Shown piece by piece: positions 62,920 through 64,000 of a stretch of 64,000 nt of DNA. Both the position numbers and the translations under genes were made by a program. The DNA lies in IMG/VR virus record IMGVR_UViG_3300034061_004620; one strand, written 5' to 3'. The DNA comes from a virus (lineage: Duplodnaviria; Caudoviricetes). The notes below the pieces were generated by a model. It was not told the DNA's origin, made no database searches, and worked only from the letters and a program-made list of their open reading frames with translations. Numbering within the stretch: position 1 is the stretch's first letter; each line of letters opens with the position of its first letter.

Positions 62920-64000
62920 ATGACAGCATCTACTGTAATTGACAAAGAAAAAGTTGTAACTGTAACCGATCCGCGCACTGATGCTGCGGCTCGTGAGAAA
63001 CTGACTACTGCTCGTATTGGCTTGCTACTAAAGGCGCCGTTTTTTGGACAGTTAGCTACCCGTATGACGCTAACTAATGCAGATGAATGGTGCGGAACCG
63101 CTGCAACTGACGGGCGTAAGTTCTATTATAATAGTGAGTTTGTAAACAAGATGCCGCTAAAACAGCTCGAATTTCTTGTGGGGCACGAGATCTTGCATGC
63201 GGTTTATGATCACATGGGACGGCGTGGCGACCGTATGCCACGACTGAGTAATATTGCTGCCGACTACTGCGTTAATCAAGACTTGGTCGAACAACGTATT
63301 GGTGAAAAAATCAGTGTGGTACCAATCTTGTTTGATAATAAATTTAAAGGTTGGAGCTACGAAGAAGTTTATAATTACCTATATGAGAATTCAGACAAGA
63401 TAGACATTAGTCAATTGGAGAAAATGATCCTCGACGACCATCTTGAAGAAGATGGTGACGGTGATAACGAAGATGGTTCGGGTAAGCCTAAACTAAGCAA
63501 GGAAGAAGCACAGGCTATCCGCGATGAAATCAAAGGAGCAGTGATTAGTGCTGCACAGGCGGCGGGTGCGGGCAATTTGCCTTCGGGTGTTAAGCGTCTG
63601 CTCAAAGACATCACTGAACCAGTTATTGGTTGGAAGGAACTGCTGCAACAACAGATTACAGCCGTAATTAAAAATGACTACACTTGGGCTCGACCAAGTC
63701 GTAGAGGTTGGCATATGGATGCTATCATGCCTGGACTCAAGCCCGGAGACATGATTGACATCTGTATTGCCATGGATCAATCCGGATCCATTAGTGAAGA
63801 AGATAGCAAGGCATTCTTGGGCGAGATTAAAGGCATCATGGAGGCGTTCGACGAGTACAAGATTACACTGTGGTGCTTTGATACCGAAGTGTACAATGTA
63901 AAGACTTATACTTCAGACAATATAGATGACATTATGACTTACGAACCCCAAGGTGGCGGAGGTACAGACTTTGAAGTCAATTGGGAATTCATGAAACAAG
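62920..64000 (+). CDS. DUF2201-type metallopeptidase plus VWA domain protein (3' partial; absent from the ORF track)
   Basis: Translated by hand: TAATDG, HEILH (HExxH), AMDQSGSIS (MIDAS), GGGGTDF. Confidence 0.88.
   Translation, partial: MTASTVIDKEKVVTVTDPRTDAAAREKLTTARIGLLLKAPFFGQLATRMTLTNADEWCGTAATDGRKFYYNSEFVNKMPLKQLEFLVGHEILHAVYDHMGRRGDRMPRLSNIAADYCVNQDLVEQRIGEKISVVPILFDNKFKGWSYEEVYNYLYENSDKIDISQLEKMILDDHLEEDGDGDNEDGSGKPKLSKEEAQAIRDEIKGAVISAAQAAGAGNLPSGVKRLLKDITEPVIGWKELLQQQITAVIKNDYTWARPSRRGWHMDAIMPGLKPGDMIDICIAMDQSGSISEEDSKAFLGEIKGIMEAFDEYKITLWCFDTEVYNVKTYTSDNIDDIMTYEPQGGGGTDFEVNWEFMKQ

Noticed and set aside
1-64000. Alternative genetic code or selenocysteine readthrough
   Set aside because: Recognisable proteins are full length under code 11, and TAA, TGA and TAG all serve as real stops.
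1-64000. CRISPR array, intron, intein or homing endonuclease
   Set aside because: No regularly spaced repeats seen; the polymerase, clamp loader and PhoH are uninterrupted and of normal size.
1-64000. Impression that GATC is frequent, as a possible DpdA target signature
   Set aside because: Not counted; it needs observed/expected tetranucleotide statistics before any claim.

Overview
A 64 kb, gene-dense, AT-rich segment of a large T4-like/jumbo myophage genome. It uses the standard genetic code, is almost all on the + strand, and has a Gram-negative host judging by the spanins and lipoproteins. Gene order: tail fibre and baseplate genes (1-6.5 kb); MazG, a stand-alone DnaE fragment, GroES, clamp loader, nucleotidase, radical SAM and PhoH (6.5-14 kb); an elaborate lysis cassette with a GH19 endolysin (16-19.3 kb); DnaJ-ClpA (19.4-22.6 kb); a block of modular proteins that look like capsid-targeted, protease-processed internal head proteins (25-31.5 kb); Dps, radical SAM and hydrolase; DsbA-like protein, family B DNA polymerase and sliding clamp (35-40 kb); a 7-deazaguanine DNA-modification cluster (DpdA/TGT-like, two T-fold proteins, FolE, QueD, QueE, no QueC in the window) interleaved with glycosyltransferases and nucleotide-sugar enzymes (40.6-55.6 kb); RNase H; and a host-sigma70-driven early region ending in a MoxR-type ATPase and a VWA/metallopeptidase. 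The best novelty candidates are (i) a possibly glycosylated 7-deazaguanine base pathway, (ii) a preQ1-I-riboswitch-like leader that sequesters the queD ribosome-binding site, (iii) polyprotein-like capsid cargo proteins with repeated DNA junctions, and (iv) an unexplained structured intergenic RNA. No tRNA, rRNA, CRISPR array or intact mobile element was seen. All functional calls come from motif recognition by eye; no database search or folding program was run.
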